Origin: an uncultured Gammaproteobacteria bacterium | GTDB taxonomy: Bacteria > Pseudomonadota > Gammaproteobacteria > HK1 | Direction of reading: 5' to 3' | Assembly (NCBI GenBank): GCA_958296085.1 | Contig: OY282433.1 | Span: 2,960,367-3,024,366 of the forward strand | DNA length: 64,000 bases | In this document: positions 44,147 through 54,692 of the stretch, piece after piece | Layout: each line of letters opens with the position of its first letter | How positions within the stretch are numbered: the first letter of the stretch is position 1 | Notes under the pieces: model-generated | Database searches by the model: none | What the model was told of the DNA's origin: nothing | Seen by the model: only the letters and a program-made list of their open reading frames with translations | Position numbers and translations under genes: made by a program

Positions 44147-47100
44147 CGGCGTCGGCGAAATGCTTGTACAGGCTGACGAGCTCTTCCGGCTTGAACCCGA
44201 CGATGATGAGCTCGTTTCCAGGGTAGAGCGTTACGTCGGGGTCCTGCGTCAACCGGCCGAGCCGGCGGTTGTAGACGATCGTCTCCCGCGATTTTCGGTA
44301 GATCATGAGCCCCAGCGGGGAGCTCGATCGGTCCTCGAGCACTTCGTCCGCGTCGTGCGGTACCGCGACCCGGTAGGTGTCCGTCCGCTCGTTGAGGGTG
44401 AGCCGCACCCCGCGCGCGAAGTTCTCGGTGACACCCTTCTGGATGATGCCCCAGAGTCCCTGATGGTCGTTCCCGGTGACGGCATGGACATAGAAGACGT
44501 CGTGCTCGCCGACCTCGACGGTCCCTTCGAGCAGCTCGCGGATGGTGATGGTCTCCTGCTGAGCCGGGGTCTCCTCCGTGCCGCGGAATACCGTCGTCTT
44601 CGCGGGGGCCGCCTCGCCCTTCCCAGGGGTTGCCGGTTCGGCCGCGGGCTCGGTTTCGGCGGCGGCAGCGCTCCCGGGCTTCTCTTCGCTCGCTGCGGGC
44701 GCTTCGTCCCTGAGCGGTCTGGCGCCGGGGGCGAGCTCGCTGATGTCGTCGTCCGCCTTCTTCATCGGCTCCGCGGCCGGCGCCGCGGCCCGGTCCTCCC
44801 CGGGGGTCTGCGGTTCGGCCGCGGGCTCGGTTTCGGCGTCGGCAGCGTCCCCGGGCTTCCCTTCGCTCGTTGCGGGCGTTTCGTCTTCCCCGGCGGGCGC
44901 CGTTTCGTCGGCGGGCGCGGGTTCGGCAGGGGCCTCCTCCGCGGTCTTCTTCATCAGCTCCGCAGTCGCTGCCGCCGTCCGGTCCTCCCCGGGGGTCTGC
45001 GATTCGGCCGCGGGCTCGGTTTCGGCGGCGGCAGCGTCCCCGGGCTTCCCTTCGCTCGTTGCGGGCGCTTCGCCTTCTCCGGTGGGCGCCGTTTCGCCGG
45101 CGGGCGCGGGTTCGGCAGGGGCCTCCTCCATGGGCTTCTTCATCGGCTCCGTGGCCGGGGCCGCGGCGCGGTCCTCCCCGGGGGTTGCCGGTTCGGCCGC
45201 GGGTTCGGTTTCGGCGGCGGCAGCGTCCCCGGGCTTCCCTTCGCTCGTCGCGGGCGCTTCGTCTTCCCCGGCGGGCGCCGTTTCGCCGGCGGGCGCGGGT
45301 TCGGCAGGGGCCTCCTCCGCGGTCTTCTTCATCGGCTCCGTGGCCGGCGCCGAGGTCCGGTCCTCCCCGGGGGTCTGCGTCTCGGTCCCGGGCTCGGTTT
45401 CGGCGGCGGCAGCGCTCCCGGGCTTCTCTTCGCTCGTCGCGGGCGCTTCGTCTTCCCCGGTGAGCGCCGTTTCACCGGCGGGCGCGGGTTCGGCAGGGGC
45501 CTCGTCGGCGGTCTTCTTCATCGGCTCCGCGGCCGGCGTCGCCGTCCGGTTCTCCCCGGGGGTCTGCGATTCGGTCCCGGGCTCGGTTTCGGCGGCGGCA
45601 GCGTCCCCGGGCTTCTTCATCGGCTCGTCCTGCGCGGCCGTTGGCCCCGTCTTCTCGGCCGGTGAGTCGGCATCTGCCCGCGGGATCCGCCCTTCTTCTT
45701 CCGCCGACGGGACTTTCAGTGGGTCCTCGGGTTTCGCCACCCCCGCGAGCGTTTGCGTGGATCCGGGCGGAGAGTCTCCCCCCTGCGGTCCGAACTGGAT
45801 CTTCTGGTCCGCGCCGATGAAGTGGTCCGCACGTTCGCCTGGAATCGGCTCGGGGGCGGGTTTGGCAAGGTCCGCGACGTATTCCGCAGCCTCCTTGTCG
45901 AGGGCGGAGTCCGGTGACTTCGCTTCGGACCGGGGGAGCGCCGCCGCCGTATCTCCTCTGTCCGCGGCCACGGCCGCGGCAGCCCCTTCGTCGTCGCTCG
46001 CCGGAGGTTCGGCGGCGGCGGACGGCGTCCCGTCGCCAAGGGCAGGCTCCGCCCCGGCGGCGGGTTGCGTCTCTGGAGCGGCCGTGCCCTCGTCCCCGGC
46101 GGCCGGCTGCGCTGCGTCGGGCGCGGGAGGCTCCGCCCCGGCGGCGGGTTGCGTCTCTGGAGCGGCCGTGCCCTCGTCCCCGGTGGCCGGGGGTGCTGCG
46201 TCGGGCGCGGGTGGCTTCGCCCCGACGGCGGGTTGCGTCTCCGGAGCGGCCGTACCTTCGTCCCCGGCGGCCGGGGGTGCTGCGTCGGGCGCGGGAGGCT
46301 CCGCCCCGGCGGCGGGTTGCGTCTCTGGAGCGGCCGTACCTTCGTCCCCGGCGGCCGGGGGTGCTGCGTCGGGCGCGGGAGGCTCCGCCCCGGCGGCGGG
46401 CTGCGTCTCCGGAGCGGCCGTGCCCTCGCCCCCGGCGGCCGGGGGTGCTGCGTCGGGCGCGGTCGGCTCCGCCTCGGCGGCGGGTTGCGTCTCGGGAGCG
46501 GCCGTATCCTCGTCCCCGGCGGCCGGGGGTGATGCGTCGGGCGCGGGAGGCTCTGCTCCGGCGGCGGGTTGCGTCTCGGGAGCGGCCGTGCCCTCGCCCC
46601 CGGCGGCCGGCTGCGCTGCGTCGGGCGCGGGAGGCTCCGCCCCGGCGGCGGGTTGCGTCTCGGGAGCGGCCGTATCCTCGCCCCCGGCGGCCGGCTGCGC
46701 TGCGTCGGGCGCGGGAGGCTCCGCCCCGGCGGCGGGCTGCGTCTCGGGAGCGGCCGTACCCTCGTCCCCGGCGGCCGGCGGCGCTGCGTCGGGCGCGGGC
46801 GGCTCCGCTCCGGCGGCGGGTTGCGTCTCGGGAGCGGCCGTGTCCTCGCCCCCGGCGGCCGGGGAAGGCGCTTCTTCGTTCCGGTCCGCCTCGTCCGAAG
46901 GCGCTTCGGCCGGGGCGGCTTTCTCCTCGGCGGCGGTCTCGGCCATTTCCTCGCCGGAGGAGCCGGGCTCGGCAGGCTTCGCGGCGGATTCTTCGCCGCT
47001 CGGCTCCTCGGCCGGGCCGGGGACGGCCGGCTCGGCGGGCGCATCCGGTTCCTCCACGAACTCCCCACCGGTCGGATCGCGGGTCATCTCGTACCAGACG

Positions 47101-47165
47101 AACCGAGCCGCGAAGAGAAGCAGCACGACCACGAGTCCCCACGAGATCGCTCTGCGGAAGTTCAT
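44136..47165 (-). CDS. membrane-anchored Pro/Ala/Glu-rich tandem-repeat protein with a globular C-terminal domain of unknown family
   Basis: The N-terminal TM segment is [19 protein letters not shown]. About 10 x 28-aa repeats and about 5.5 x 63-aa repeats follow, then a ~140-aa non-repetitive C-terminus. Its ATG abuts the cobT stop (TGAATG), and its stop overlaps the nadK start by 11 nt. Confidence 0.7.
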   Translation of the reverse strand: MNFRRAISWGLVVVLLLFAARFVWYEMTRDPTGGEFVEEPDAPAEPAVPGPAEEPSGEESAAKPAEPGSSGEEMAETAAEEKAAPAEAPSDEADRNEEAPSPAAGGEDTAAPETQPAAGAEPPAPDAAPPAAGDEGTAAPETQPAAGAEPPAPDAAQPAAGGEDTAAPETQPAAGAEPPAPDAAQPAAGGEGTAAPETQPAAGAEPPAPDASPPAAGDEDTAAPETQPAAEAEPTAPDAAPPAAGGEGTAAPETQPAAGAEPPAPDAAPPAAGDEGTAAPETQPAAGAEPPAPDAAPPAAGDEGTAAPETQPAVGAKPPAPDAAPPATGDEGTAAPETQPAAGAEPPAPDAAQPAAGDEGTAAPETQPAAGAEPALGDGTPSAAAEPPASDDEGAAAAVAADRGDTAAALPRSEAKSPDSALDKEAAEYVADLAKPAPEPIPGERADHFIGADQKIQFGPQGGDSPPGSTQTLAGVAKPEDPLKVPSAEEEGRIPRADADSPAEKTGPTAAQDEPMKKPGDAAAAETEPGTESQTPGENRTATPAAEPMKKTADEAPAEPAPAGETALTGEDEAPATSEEKPGSAAAAETEPGTETQTPGEDRTSAPATEPMKKTAEEAPAEPAPAGETAPAGEDEAPATSEGKPGDAAAAETEPAAEPATPGEDRAAAPATEPMKKPMEEAPAEPAPAGETAPTGEGEAPATSEGKPGDAAAAETEPAAESQTPGEDRTAAATAELMKKTAEEAPAEPAPADETAPAGEDETPATSEGKPGDAADAETEPAAEPQTPGEDRAAAPAAEPMKKADDDISELAPGARPLRDEAPAASEEKPGSAAAAETEPAAEPATPGKGEAAPAKTTVFRGTEETPAQQETITIRELLEGTVEVGEHDVFYVHAVTGNDHQGLWGIIQKGVTENFARGVRLTLNERTDTYRVAVPHDADEVLEDRSSSPLGLMIYRKSRETIVYNRRLGRLTQDPDVTLYPGNELIIVGFKPEELVSLYKHFADADGG
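44600..45640 (-). repeat. 189-bp tandem coding repeat, about 5.5 units
   Basis: The marker ttcatc recurs at 44761, 44950, 45139, 45328 and 45517, with an exact 189-nt period. Confidence 0.85.
46040..46870 (-). repeat. 84-bp tandem coding repeat, about 10 units
   Basis: gccgtgccctcgtccccgg recurs with an 84-nt period (for example 46081 and 46165). The protein unit is G(D/G)E(G/D)[20 protein letters not shown](P/Q)PAA. Confidence 0.85.
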
Positions 47166-49100
47166 TCAGCCGGACCCTCTCTGGCGGGCGGATGCGGAAA
47201 CGGGATTGCGGAGGGAGAACCGGGCCGGCGGGGAGCGTCCCGGGCGGAGTCGGTCGACACGCCCACCCGCGCCGTGGTCGGACTCGAAGAGATCGCTCAA
47301 CTCCTCCATCACCGCCCCTCCGAGTTGCTCGGCGTCCACCAGGGTGACCGCGCGCCGGTAGTAGCGGGTGACGTCGTGGCCGATCCCGATCGCGATGAGC
47401 TCCACTGCCCCGCCTCTCTCGATCTGGGCGATGGCTTCGCGCAGGTGCCGCTCGAGATAGCTCCCCGGATTGACGGAGAGAGTCGAGTCGTCGACCGGCG
47501 CTCCATCGCTGATTACCATCAGGATTCGCCGCTGCTCGTGTCTTGCGAGCAGCCGCTGGTAGGCCCAGAGCAGCGCCTCCCCGTCGATGTTCTCCTTGAG
47601 AATTCCCTCCCGGAGCATGAGCCCGAGGTTCTTGCGGGCCCTCCGCCAGGGTGCGTCGGCCGTCTTGTAGACGATGTGGCGCAGATCGTTGAGCCGCCCC
47701 GCGTGCGCCGGCTTCCCGGCCGCAAGCCAGCGTTCGCGCGACTGGCCTCCCTTCCAGGCGCGGGTGGTGAAACCGAGGATCTCCACCTTGACCCCGCATC
47801 GCTCGAGGGTCCGGGCCAGGATGTCGGCGCTGATCGCGGCCAGCGTGATGGGCCGTCCACGCATCGAGCCCGAGTTGTCGATGAGCAGGGAGACCACCGT
47901 ATCGCGGAATTCGGTGTCCTTCTCCTGCTTGTAGCTGAGCGGCTGCATCGGGTTCGCCACTACCCGTGCGAGCCGGGCCGCATCGAGCAGACCCTCGTCG
48001 AGATCGAACTGCCATGCACGCGATTGCCGGGCGAGGAGGCGCCGTTGAAGCCGGTTCGCGAGCCGGGCGATCACCTTGTGCAGGTTCGAGACGTGCTGAT
48101 CGAGCTGGTTCCGGAGGCGCCCGAGCTCGTCCGCGTCGCACAGCTCGCTGGCGTCCGCCACCTCGTCGAACTCGGTCGTGAAGGCGCGGTACTCCCGCTC
48201 TCCGGGCTCGTTGCGGCCGGTGAAGGGCGAGGGGGGCTGGCGGTCCGCGTCCGCATCGTCGTCCCCGAGCGCGGAGGTGTCGAGGTCCGCCTCGTCGAGG
48301 TCCGCCCTCTCCTCGCTGGACTCGCCGGTCATCTCCTGGCCTTCGGACTCCTCGCTTCCGTCCGGATCGGCAGAGAGGGCCTCGGCATCGACCTCTCCGG
48401 CCTCCTGGTCCTCGCCCTCGTTCTCGTCCTGGTCGCCGCTGTCGCCGCCTTCCTCGCGGCGGTCGTCGTCCTCGGCGAGGCCGAGCACCCGCAGGAGCTC
48501 GCGCGAGCGGTTCGCGAACTCGCGCTGGTCGGCGATTACCCGCGACAGCTCTTCCAGGTTCGCTCCGATCTTCGGCTCGAGGATCGGCCGCCACAGCTCC
48601 ACCATGCGCTTCGCGGAAGGGGGCGGCCCTTCGCCGGTCAAGGTCTCCCGGGCGAGCAGCCGGAGGACCTCCGGCAGCGGAGCGTGCTCGCCCTGGACGA
48701 TCTCCGCGTAGCCGCGGGACTGGCAATGGTTCTCGAGGGCGGCCCCGAGGTTCCGGCGCACGCCGGCCATGAACCGTGAGCCGAGGGTCTCGCAGCGGAC
48801 CTGCTCGAAGGCGTCGAAGACCGCGCGGGCATCGTCGTCCACGGGTGCACGGGCGCGATGGACGCGGGAGTCGTGGTGGCGGCGGCGGAGCGCCACCGCA
48901 TCGGCCTCGCCCCGGATCCGGGCCACCTCCTCCTCGCCGTCGATCCGGTTCCCCGGCGTGGGGAGGGTGAGGGTGTTGCCGGTCAGCGAAGCCTGTGAAG
49001 GCCCGAACTGGACTTCGAGCTCCCCATCGTTCGCGAGCGAGCGCGTCGCCGCCGCGGTGACGAAACGAAAGTGTTCGACGGGAGATTCGGGTCGCCGCAC
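47166..49100 (-). CDS. cobT: CobT-like VWA protein (aerobic cobaltochelatase subunit T family)
   Basis: The N-terminal CobT-like region is followed by an acidic linker ([24 protein letters not shown]). The C-terminal VWA domain carries the MIDAS motif LLIDNSGSM. Confidence 0.8.
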   Translation of the reverse strand: MRRPESPVEHFRFVTAAATRSLANDGELEVQFGPSQASLTGNTLTLPTPGNRIDGEEEVARIRGEADAVALRRRHHDSRVHRARAPVDDDARAVFDAFEQVRCETLGSRFMAGVRRNLGAALENHCQSRGYAEIVQGEHAPLPEVLRLLARETLTGEGPPPSAKRMVELWRPILEPKIGANLEELSRVIADQREFANRSRELLRVLGLAEDDDRREEGGDSGDQDENEGEDQEAGEVDAEALSADPDGSEESEGQEMTGESSEERADLDEADLDTSALGDDDADADRQPPSPFTGRNEPGEREYRAFTTEFDEVADASELCDADELGRLRNQLDQHVSNLHKVIARLANRLQRRLLARQSRAWQFDLDEGLLDAARLARVVANPMQPLSYKQEKDTEFRDTVVSLLIDNSGSMRGRPITLAAISADILARTLERCGVKVEILGFTTRAWKGGQSRERWLAAGKPAHAGRLNDLRHIVYKTADAPWRRARKNLGLMLREGILKENIDGEALLWAYQRLLARHEQRRILMVISDGAPVDDSTLSVNPGSYLERHLREAIAQIERGGAVELIAIGIGHDVTRYYRRAVTLVDAEQLGGAVMEELSDLFESDHGAGGRVDRLRPGRSPPARFSLRNPVSASARQRGSG

Positions 49101-49137
49101 GGGATGCCCGGTTTGCGCCGTCCGCTGGAGCTTGCCG

Positions 49138-50139
49138 TCAGCCCGGAGGGTGGGCGACGGCTCCCTCCGGCAACTCGGCGCCGAAGCACCGCTGGTAGTA
49201 CTCCGCCACCACCGAGCGCTCGACTTCGTCGCACTTGTTGAGGAAGCTCAGCCGAAAGGCAAGCCCGAGATCGTCATCGAAGATCGCCGCGTTCTCCGCC
49301 CAGGTGATGACCGTCCGCGGGCTCATGACGGTGGAGATGTCTCCGCTCATGAATCCCGTGCGGGTGAGGGACGCGAGCTTGACCATCGAATGGATCGTGG
49401 CGCGCTTCTCCTCGGAGTCGTAGTCGGGGACCTTGGCCAGCACGATGTCGACCTCGGCCTCGTGGGTGAGGTAGTTCAGCGTGGTCACGATGTTCCAGCG
49501 ATCCATCTGCCCCTGGTTGATCGGCTGGGTGCCGTGGTAGAGGCCGGTCGTGTCCCCGAGACCGATGGTGTTCGCGGTCGCGAACAGCCGGAACGACGGG
49601 TGGGGGTGCAAGACCCGGGACTGGTCCAGGAGGGTCATCCGTCCATCCGCTTCCAGCACCCGCTGGATGACGAACATCACGTCCGGGCGGCCCGCGTCGT
49701 ATTCGTCGAACACGATCGCGGTGGGGCTCTGAAACGCCCAGGGCAGCATGCCTTCGCGGAACTCGGTGATCTGCATTCCATCGCGGATGACGATTGCGTC
49801 CTTGCCGACGAGGTCGATCCGCGAGATGTGGCTGTCCAGGTTGACGCGCACGCACGGCCAGTTGAGGCGCGCGGCAACCTGCTCGATATGGGTGGATTTG
49901 CCGGTTCCGTGATAGCCCTGGATCAGCACCCGGCGGTTGTAGGCAAACCCCACGAGTATGGCGAGAGTGGTCGTCGGGTCGAATCGATAGCTCTCGTCCA
50001 CCGGGGGAACGTGTTCGCTCGGTGCACTGAACGCGGGAATTTCCAGGTCGGTGTCGATCCCGAAGGTTTGTCGTGCCGATATCCGGATATCGGGCACGCC
50101 GCCATTCAAGGCGGCTCGGGAAGAGCCGTTCGCGGTCAT
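49138..50139 (-). CDS. cobS: CobS-like MoxR-class AAA+ ATPase (aerobic cobaltochelatase subunit S family)
   Basis: Contains GYHGTGKST (Walker A), IVFDEYDAG (Walker B) and FRLFATANT; 333 aa; directly upstream of cobT. Confidence 0.85.
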   Translation of the reverse strand: MTANGSSRAALNGGVPDIRISARQTFGIDTDLEIPAFSAPSEHVPPVDESYRFDPTTTLAILVGFAYNRRVLIQGYHGTGKSTHIEQVAARLNWPCVRVNLDSHISRIDLVGKDAIVIRDGMQITEFREGMLPWAFQSPTAIVFDEYDAGRPDVMFVIQRVLEADGRMTLLDQSRVLHPHPSFRLFATANTIGLGDTTGLYHGTQPINQGQMDRWNIVTTLNYLTHEAEVDIVLAKVPDYDSEEKRATIHSMVKLASLTRTGFMSGDISTVMSPRTVITWAENAAIFDDDLGLAFRLSFLNKCDEVERSVVAEYYQRCFGAELPEGAVAHPPG

Positions 50140-50380
50140 ACTCGTTTCTCAATGGGATCTCAGGCCGGGACGTTATTCTAGCCCGGAAATCTCATGCTGC
50201 GGACGCCAATCCGCACCGTGGTGGCGGGCCGCCCTCCCGCAAGGCGTTTCGGCCGCGCGAACGCGCCGGGATCGGCTACGCCTTCCGCGCCGTGCGGCCC
50301 ACGAATGGCCCGGCGGGCGAGATTGCGCCGGCACCGCTCGCCGCGCCGAGGCGTTCCGGCTCCCCGAAGCGCGCGCCCGC

Positions 50381-51307
50381 TCAACCCGCCCCGCCCGCCG
50401 CGGCCCCGAGGACCTCGGGGGCACGGGCGGAGACCCCCGCCTGCCCGACGATGGCGGGGATGAGCGCCTCGCGGCCGAGCGTCATGAGGTGCACGCCCTG
50501 GCACAGCGATCCGAGCCCGGCAATGGTCCGGGCCGCGATCGACGTGCTCGTCGCGTCCACGTCGTCCGACCCCGCGATCTCCTCGATGAGCGCTTCCGGA
50601 ACCTCGATTCCGGGCACGTTCTCGTTCAGATAGCGGGCCATCCGCACCGATTTGATGGGGATGATCCCCGCGATGACCGCCACCTCGAGCCCCTCGAAGC
50701 GATCGAGCTGGCGCGCGAAGCGCTCGAACGCGGGGACGTCGTATACCGCCTGGGTCTGAAAGAAGCGGGCCCCGGCCTCCACCTTGGCCGTCATCCGGGC
50801 CATCTCCCCGTCGAGGTCGGGGTTTCCGGGGTTGACCACCGCCCCGATGCAGAGGTCCGGCGCACCGCGCAGCGCGTTGCCCGCGAGGTCGCGGCCTTCG
50901 TTGAGCCCCCGCACGGTCCGGATGATCTCGACCGAACCCAGGTCGAAGACGGCCTTGGCGTCGGGGTGGTCGCCGTGCGACGGAGGGTCTCCGGTCATCA
51001 GCACCACGTTCGATATCCCGAGCGCGGCCGCCGCCAGCAGGTCGGCCTGGACGGCGATCCGGTTGCGGTCGCGCGCGGTCATCTGGAGGATGGGCTCGAC
51101 CCCCTCGTCCAGCAGGCGCCGGGCCGCCCCGATGGGCGCCATGCTCATGCGGGCGTTGTGGGAGTCGGTCAGGTTGAATGCGTCCACGAAGCCGGCGAGA
51201 GAGCGCGCGGCTTCGAGCATCGGCGCGAGGTCGAGCCCCTTGGGAGGATTGAGCTCGCTCGTGACGACGAACCGTCCCGAGCGGACGAGATCCGTGATTC
51301 GCGGCAT
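50381..51307 (-). CDS. metF: methylenetetrahydrofolate reductase
   Basis: Contains ELNPPKG, FNLTDS and the VVLMTGDPP blocks; 308 aa. Confidence 0.85.
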   Translation of the reverse strand: MPRITDLVRSGRFVVTSELNPPKGLDLAPMLEAARSLAGFVDAFNLTDSHNARMSMAPIGAARRLLDEGVEPILQMTARDRNRIAVQADLLAAAALGISNVVLMTGDPPSHGDHPDAKAVFDLGSVEIIRTVRGLNEGRDLAGNALRGAPDLCIGAVVNPGNPDLDGEMARMTAKVEAGARFFQTQAVYDVPAFERFARQLDRFEGLEVAVIAGIIPIKSVRMARYLNENVPGIEVPEALIEEIAGSDDVDATSTSIAARTIAGLGSLCQGVHLMTLGREALIPAIVGQAGVSARAPEVLGAAAGGAG

Positions 51308-51348
51308 GGCGCCTGCTCCCCTTGTTCGTTGGAATGCCCGTTGAGCGG

Positions 51349-51377
51349 GAGACGTTCCCTGCGTTCCGGAACGTCTC
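51349..51377 (-). terminator. perfect 10-bp stem-loop between the RND pump stop and the metF start (no clear U tract)
   Basis: GAGACGTTCC-ctgcgttcc-GGAACGTCTC. Confidence 0.4.
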
Positions 51378-51388
51378 GAGGCCTCGAA

Positions 51389-54300
51389 TCAGTCCGTGCC
51401 CGGCGCTGCCGCGGTTCCGGCCGGGAGCGGCTCGCGCTTGCGCTCCAGCACCGAGAACGCGATCGAGAGCAGGGGGGGAATGATTGCGAGGGTGAGTATG
51501 GCAGAAAGGGCGAGCCCCCCGACCACCACCGAGCCCAGTCCCCGATAAAGCTCCGAGCCGGCTCCGGGGAAGAGCACGAGGGGCAGCATCCCGCACACGG
51601 AGGTAAGGGTCGACATGAAGATCGGGCGGACGCGGTTGCGCGTCGCGGCGGCGATCGCGGCCGCCGGTTCCATCCCTTCCCCGCGCAGGTGGTGCAGGGC
51701 CTGGTGCACCAGAAGGATCGCGTTGTTGACGACGATTCCGATGAGGATGACGAACCCGAGCATGGTGAGCATGTCGAGGGCCTGGTGCTGGTAGAGGTTG
51801 AGCATCGCGAGGCCGCCTACCGCGCCGGCCGTCGCGAGGGGGACGGAGAGGACGATGAGGGCGGGATAGACGAAGCTCTCGAAGAGGATCGCCATCACCA
51901 GATAGACGATGACGAGCGCCATGAGGAGCTGCCATTTCATCGCGGTGCGGGTCGCGGTCAGCTTGTCGGCGGTGCCGGAGAGTCCCATGCGGACCCCCTC
52001 CGGCAGCCCGGCGCGGACCAGGGGCGAGATGATCCGGGAGCGCACGACGTCCATCGCCTCCTCGAGGGTCATCGAGGGGGGCGGCCGGATCTCCAGGGTC
52101 ACCGTCCGCACCCGCTCCCGGTGCAGTATCTCGATGGGACCGGAGGTCACCCGCACGTCCGCGAGGGAGCGTACCGGGAGGATGGTCCCCGCGGCCGCCA
52201 CCACTGGGAGGTTCTCGATCTGCTGGGTCCGATCGTTCGGCGGTCCGGCGAGCACGAAGTCGAGGCGCTTTCCGCCCACCGTGACCTCCGCGACCCGCAG
52301 GCCGTCGTTGAACACGTCCACCGTCTCACCGAGCTCGCGGACGCTCACCCCGCTGTCCGCGAGCCGCGCGCGGTCGGGCGCGATGCGCACTTCGGGGGCC
52401 CCGAGCTCGAGTCCCGGCCGCGGCCGCACCTGGGTTCCTTCGGAGCGGGGGAGGACCCGGAAGACCTGTTCCATGGCCCGCTGGGCTACCTCCAGGATCG
52501 GCTCGAGGTCCGGTCCCTTGATGTCGAGATCGACACGCTTGCCGCCGCCGATGGTGCGTCCGAAGAGGGACGGCTGGGTCACGAAGCCATAGGTGCCGGG
52601 CTCCCGGAACACCGGACCGGACAGCACCGGGATGAGCTCTCCCGCCCGCTCCGGCTCCGTGCTGGTCGCACCGACGAAGGTGCGCGACGGGGTCGCGACG
52701 AAGAAGAAGTTCTCGATCCCGGGCGGCGCCCGGCGCCCGGCGTCCGCGCCGGCCTTCGCTCCGGCCCCCGCCCCCGCTCCCGCCCCGTTCGCGGGGCGGG
52801 CCGCGCCCTCGGACGGGGGGCGCCCGCCGGCTCCGGCTCCGGCCGGGTCTCCCGCCCCCCGTTCGCGGCTCGTGGACCAGTGCGGCCGGACCGCGCCCTC
52901 CACGTCCCGGGCGATCCCGGTGGTGGTCTCCAGGTTGTAGCCGGGCGGAGGGAGGATGATGCCGAAGACGAGGTTGCGGTTCCCCTCCGGGAGGTACTCG
53001 AGCTTGGGGAGAAAGCGCCAGGTCGCGAGGCTCGCCGCGCCGCAGACGACGACGACGATGAGCACGGCGGCGGCGCGCGAACGGGCCACGAGGCGGGCAT
53101 AGCCGACGAAGGCGCGGGTGAGCCCCCGGGCCGCGGCGTCGATTCCGGGGAGGCGGAGACCCCCCTGCCCCGCGCCCGGGGTGGAGAGCAGCCGGCTCCC
53201 GAGGGCCGGGATCACGGTGACCGCCACGAGCAGCGACAGCAGGACCGCCACCGAGATCGCGACCGCGATGTCCCGGAAGAGCTGCGCGACCTCGAGCTTC
53301 AGGACCAGGATGGGGATGAACACCATCACCGTGGTGAGCGCGGAGACGAGCACCGCGCCCCAGACCTCCGACGCGCCCCGCCGGGCCGCTTCGCGCGCCG
53401 GCACGCCTTCCTCCCGGAGCCGATAGATGTTCTCGAGGACGACGATCGCGGCGTCGACCACCATTCCGACCGCGAAGGCGAGCCCGGCGAGGGAGATGAC
53501 GTTGATGGAGCGCCCGAGGGCGGCCATCGCCACGAAGGAGCCGACGATGGAGACCGGGATCGCGAGCACCACGGTGGTGGTCGCCCGCCATGAGCGGAGG
53601 AACACGAGGAGCACGATGGCCGCGAGCACCCCGCCGACGTAGACGTTCTGCTGCACGAGGTCGAGGGCGGAGTCGATGTACACGGTCTCGTCGTAGACCT
53701 GGCGGAGGGTGAGCCCGGCCCGCTCGACGGGGCCCTCCTGAAGCTCCGCGGCGGCGGCCCGGAGCCCCGCCATCGTCTCGATGACGTTCGCGCCGATCTC
53801 GCGCTTGACGCTCACCGCGAGCGACGGGGTGCCGAGGTGCCGGATGCGGGCGCGCGGCTCCCGGTACGCGAAGCGCACGTCGGCCACGTCCCCGACGGTG
53901 AGCCGGGAGACCCGGCCGGACGCCGGGTCCCGCACGGTTCGAAGGAGGACCTTGCGGACGTCGTCGACCGACTCGACCGCTCCCTCGGTGCGGACCACGT
54001 AGCGCCGCTTGCCTTCCTCCACCTCCCCCGCGCTGATCGACGCGTCCGCCGCGCGCAGCCGGGCCAGGACCTCGCTCACGGTGAGGCGGTAGCGGGCGAG
54101 CCGGAAGGGATCGATCTCGGCCCGGAGCTCGCGCCGGCTGCCGCCGTATACGTCCACCCGGCCCACCCCGGGCACGCGCTCGAGGCGCTCGCGCACCACG
54201 TCCTCCGCGAACTCGCCGAACGTGTGGACCGGCCGCTCGTGGCCCGGCTTCGGCCGGAGGACCATCCAGGCGATCGAGTTGTCCTCGCTGCCGGAGGTCC

Positions 54301-54682
54301 GGAGCTCGGGCTCGCTGGCTTCGGCCGGGTATCCCGAGACCCGGTCGAGGCGGTTCGCGACGAGGAGCAGCGCCTTGTCCATGTCCATGGTGACGCTGAA
54401 CTCGAGGGTGATCCGGGACCGCCCGTCCTCCGACGCGCTGTCCATGGAGGCGAGCCCTTCGAGCCCCTTGAACGCCTCCTCCTGGCGATTCACGACCTCG
54501 CGCTCGATCTCGGCCGGCGAGCCGCCCCTCCAGTTGGTCGTCACGGTGATGACCGGCCGCGCCACGTCCGGGGTGAGCTGGATGGGAATGGAGCGAAGCG
54601 CGAGCACCCCGAACATCGTGACCATGAGGACGGCGGCGATGACCGCCCGGGGGCGGGCAATCGAATGGCCGATGAGGTTCAC
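51389..54682 (-). CDS. RND (AcrB/HAE1-like) efflux transporter, inner-membrane subunit
   Basis: I trimmed the start to GTG 54682 (VNLIGHSIARPRAVIAAVLM), 10 nt after the adaptor gene stop. It is about 1097 aa with the typical 12-TM RND layout, and it contains a Gly/Ala-rich insertion. Confidence 0.9.
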   Translation of the reverse strand: MNLIGHSIARPRAVIAAVLMVTMFGVLALRSIPIQLTPDVARPVITVTTNWRGGSPAEIEREVVNRQEEAFKGLEGLASMDSASEDGRSRITLEFSVTMDMDKALLLVANRLDRVSGYPAEASEPELRTSGSEDNSIAWMVLRPKPGHERPVHTFGEFAEDVVRERLERVPGVGRVDVYGGSRRELRAEIDPFRLARYRLTVSEVLARLRAADASISAGEVEEGKRRYVVRTEGAVESVDDVRKVLLRTVRDPASGRVSRLTVGDVADVRFAYREPRARIRHLGTPSLAVSVKREIGANVIETMAGLRAAAAELQEGPVERAGLTLRQVYDETVYIDSALDLVQQNVYVGGVLAAIVLLVFLRSWRATTTVVLAIPVSIVGSFVAMAALGRSINVISLAGLAFAVGMVVDAAIVVLENIYRLREEGVPAREAARRGASEVWGAVLVSALTTVMVFIPILVLKLEVAQLFRDIAVAISVAVLLSLLVAVTVIPALGSRLLSTPGAGQGGLRLPGIDAAARGLTRAFVGYARLVARSRAAAVLIVVVVCGAASLATWRFLPKLEYLPEGNRNLVFGIILPPPGYNLETTTGIARDVEGAVRPHWSTSRERGAGDPAGAGAGGRPPSEGAARPANGAGAGAGAGAKAGADAGRRAPPGIENFFFVATPSRTFVGATSTEPERAGELIPVLSGPVFREPGTYGFVTQPSLFGRTIGGGKRVDLDIKGPDLEPILEVAQRAMEQVFRVLPRSEGTQVRPRPGLELGAPEVRIAPDRARLADSGVSVRELGETVDVFNDGLRVAEVTVGGKRLDFVLAGPPNDRTQQIENLPVVAAAGTILPVRSLADVRVTSGPIEILHRERVRTVTLEIRPPPSMTLEEAMDVVRSRIISPLVRAGLPEGVRMGLSGTADKLTATRTAMKWQLLMALVIVYLVMAILFESFVYPALIVLSVPLATAGAVGGLAMLNLYQHQALDMLTMLGFVILIGIVVNNAILLVHQALHHLRGEGMEPAAAIAAATRNRVRPIFMSTLTSVCGMLPLVLFPGAGSELYRGLGSVVVGGLALSAILTLAIIPPLLSIAFSVLERKREPLPAGTAAAPGTD

Positions 54683-54692
54683 GGCCGTCCGC

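Noticed and set aside
44600-46870. Possible CRISPR array suggested by regular tandem repeats.
   Set aside because: The periods are 189 and 84 nt, the units are contiguous and near-identical, and there are no unique spacers. The whole region is in frame within a protein-coding gene.
44578-48726. Alternative-frame giant ORFs across the repeat gene (44578..47361 +, 45472..48726 -, 45914..47347 +).
   Set aside because: The minus-strand frame 44136..47165 is the one I accept as coding. It has a TM anchor, a non-repetitive C-terminal domain and operon-style junctions with cobT and nadK. The other frames are open only because the repeats are stop-free in all frames.
50140-50380. Cobalamin riboswitch upstream of the cobS-like gene.
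   Set aside because: No B12-box-like sequence is recognisable on the minus strand by eye.
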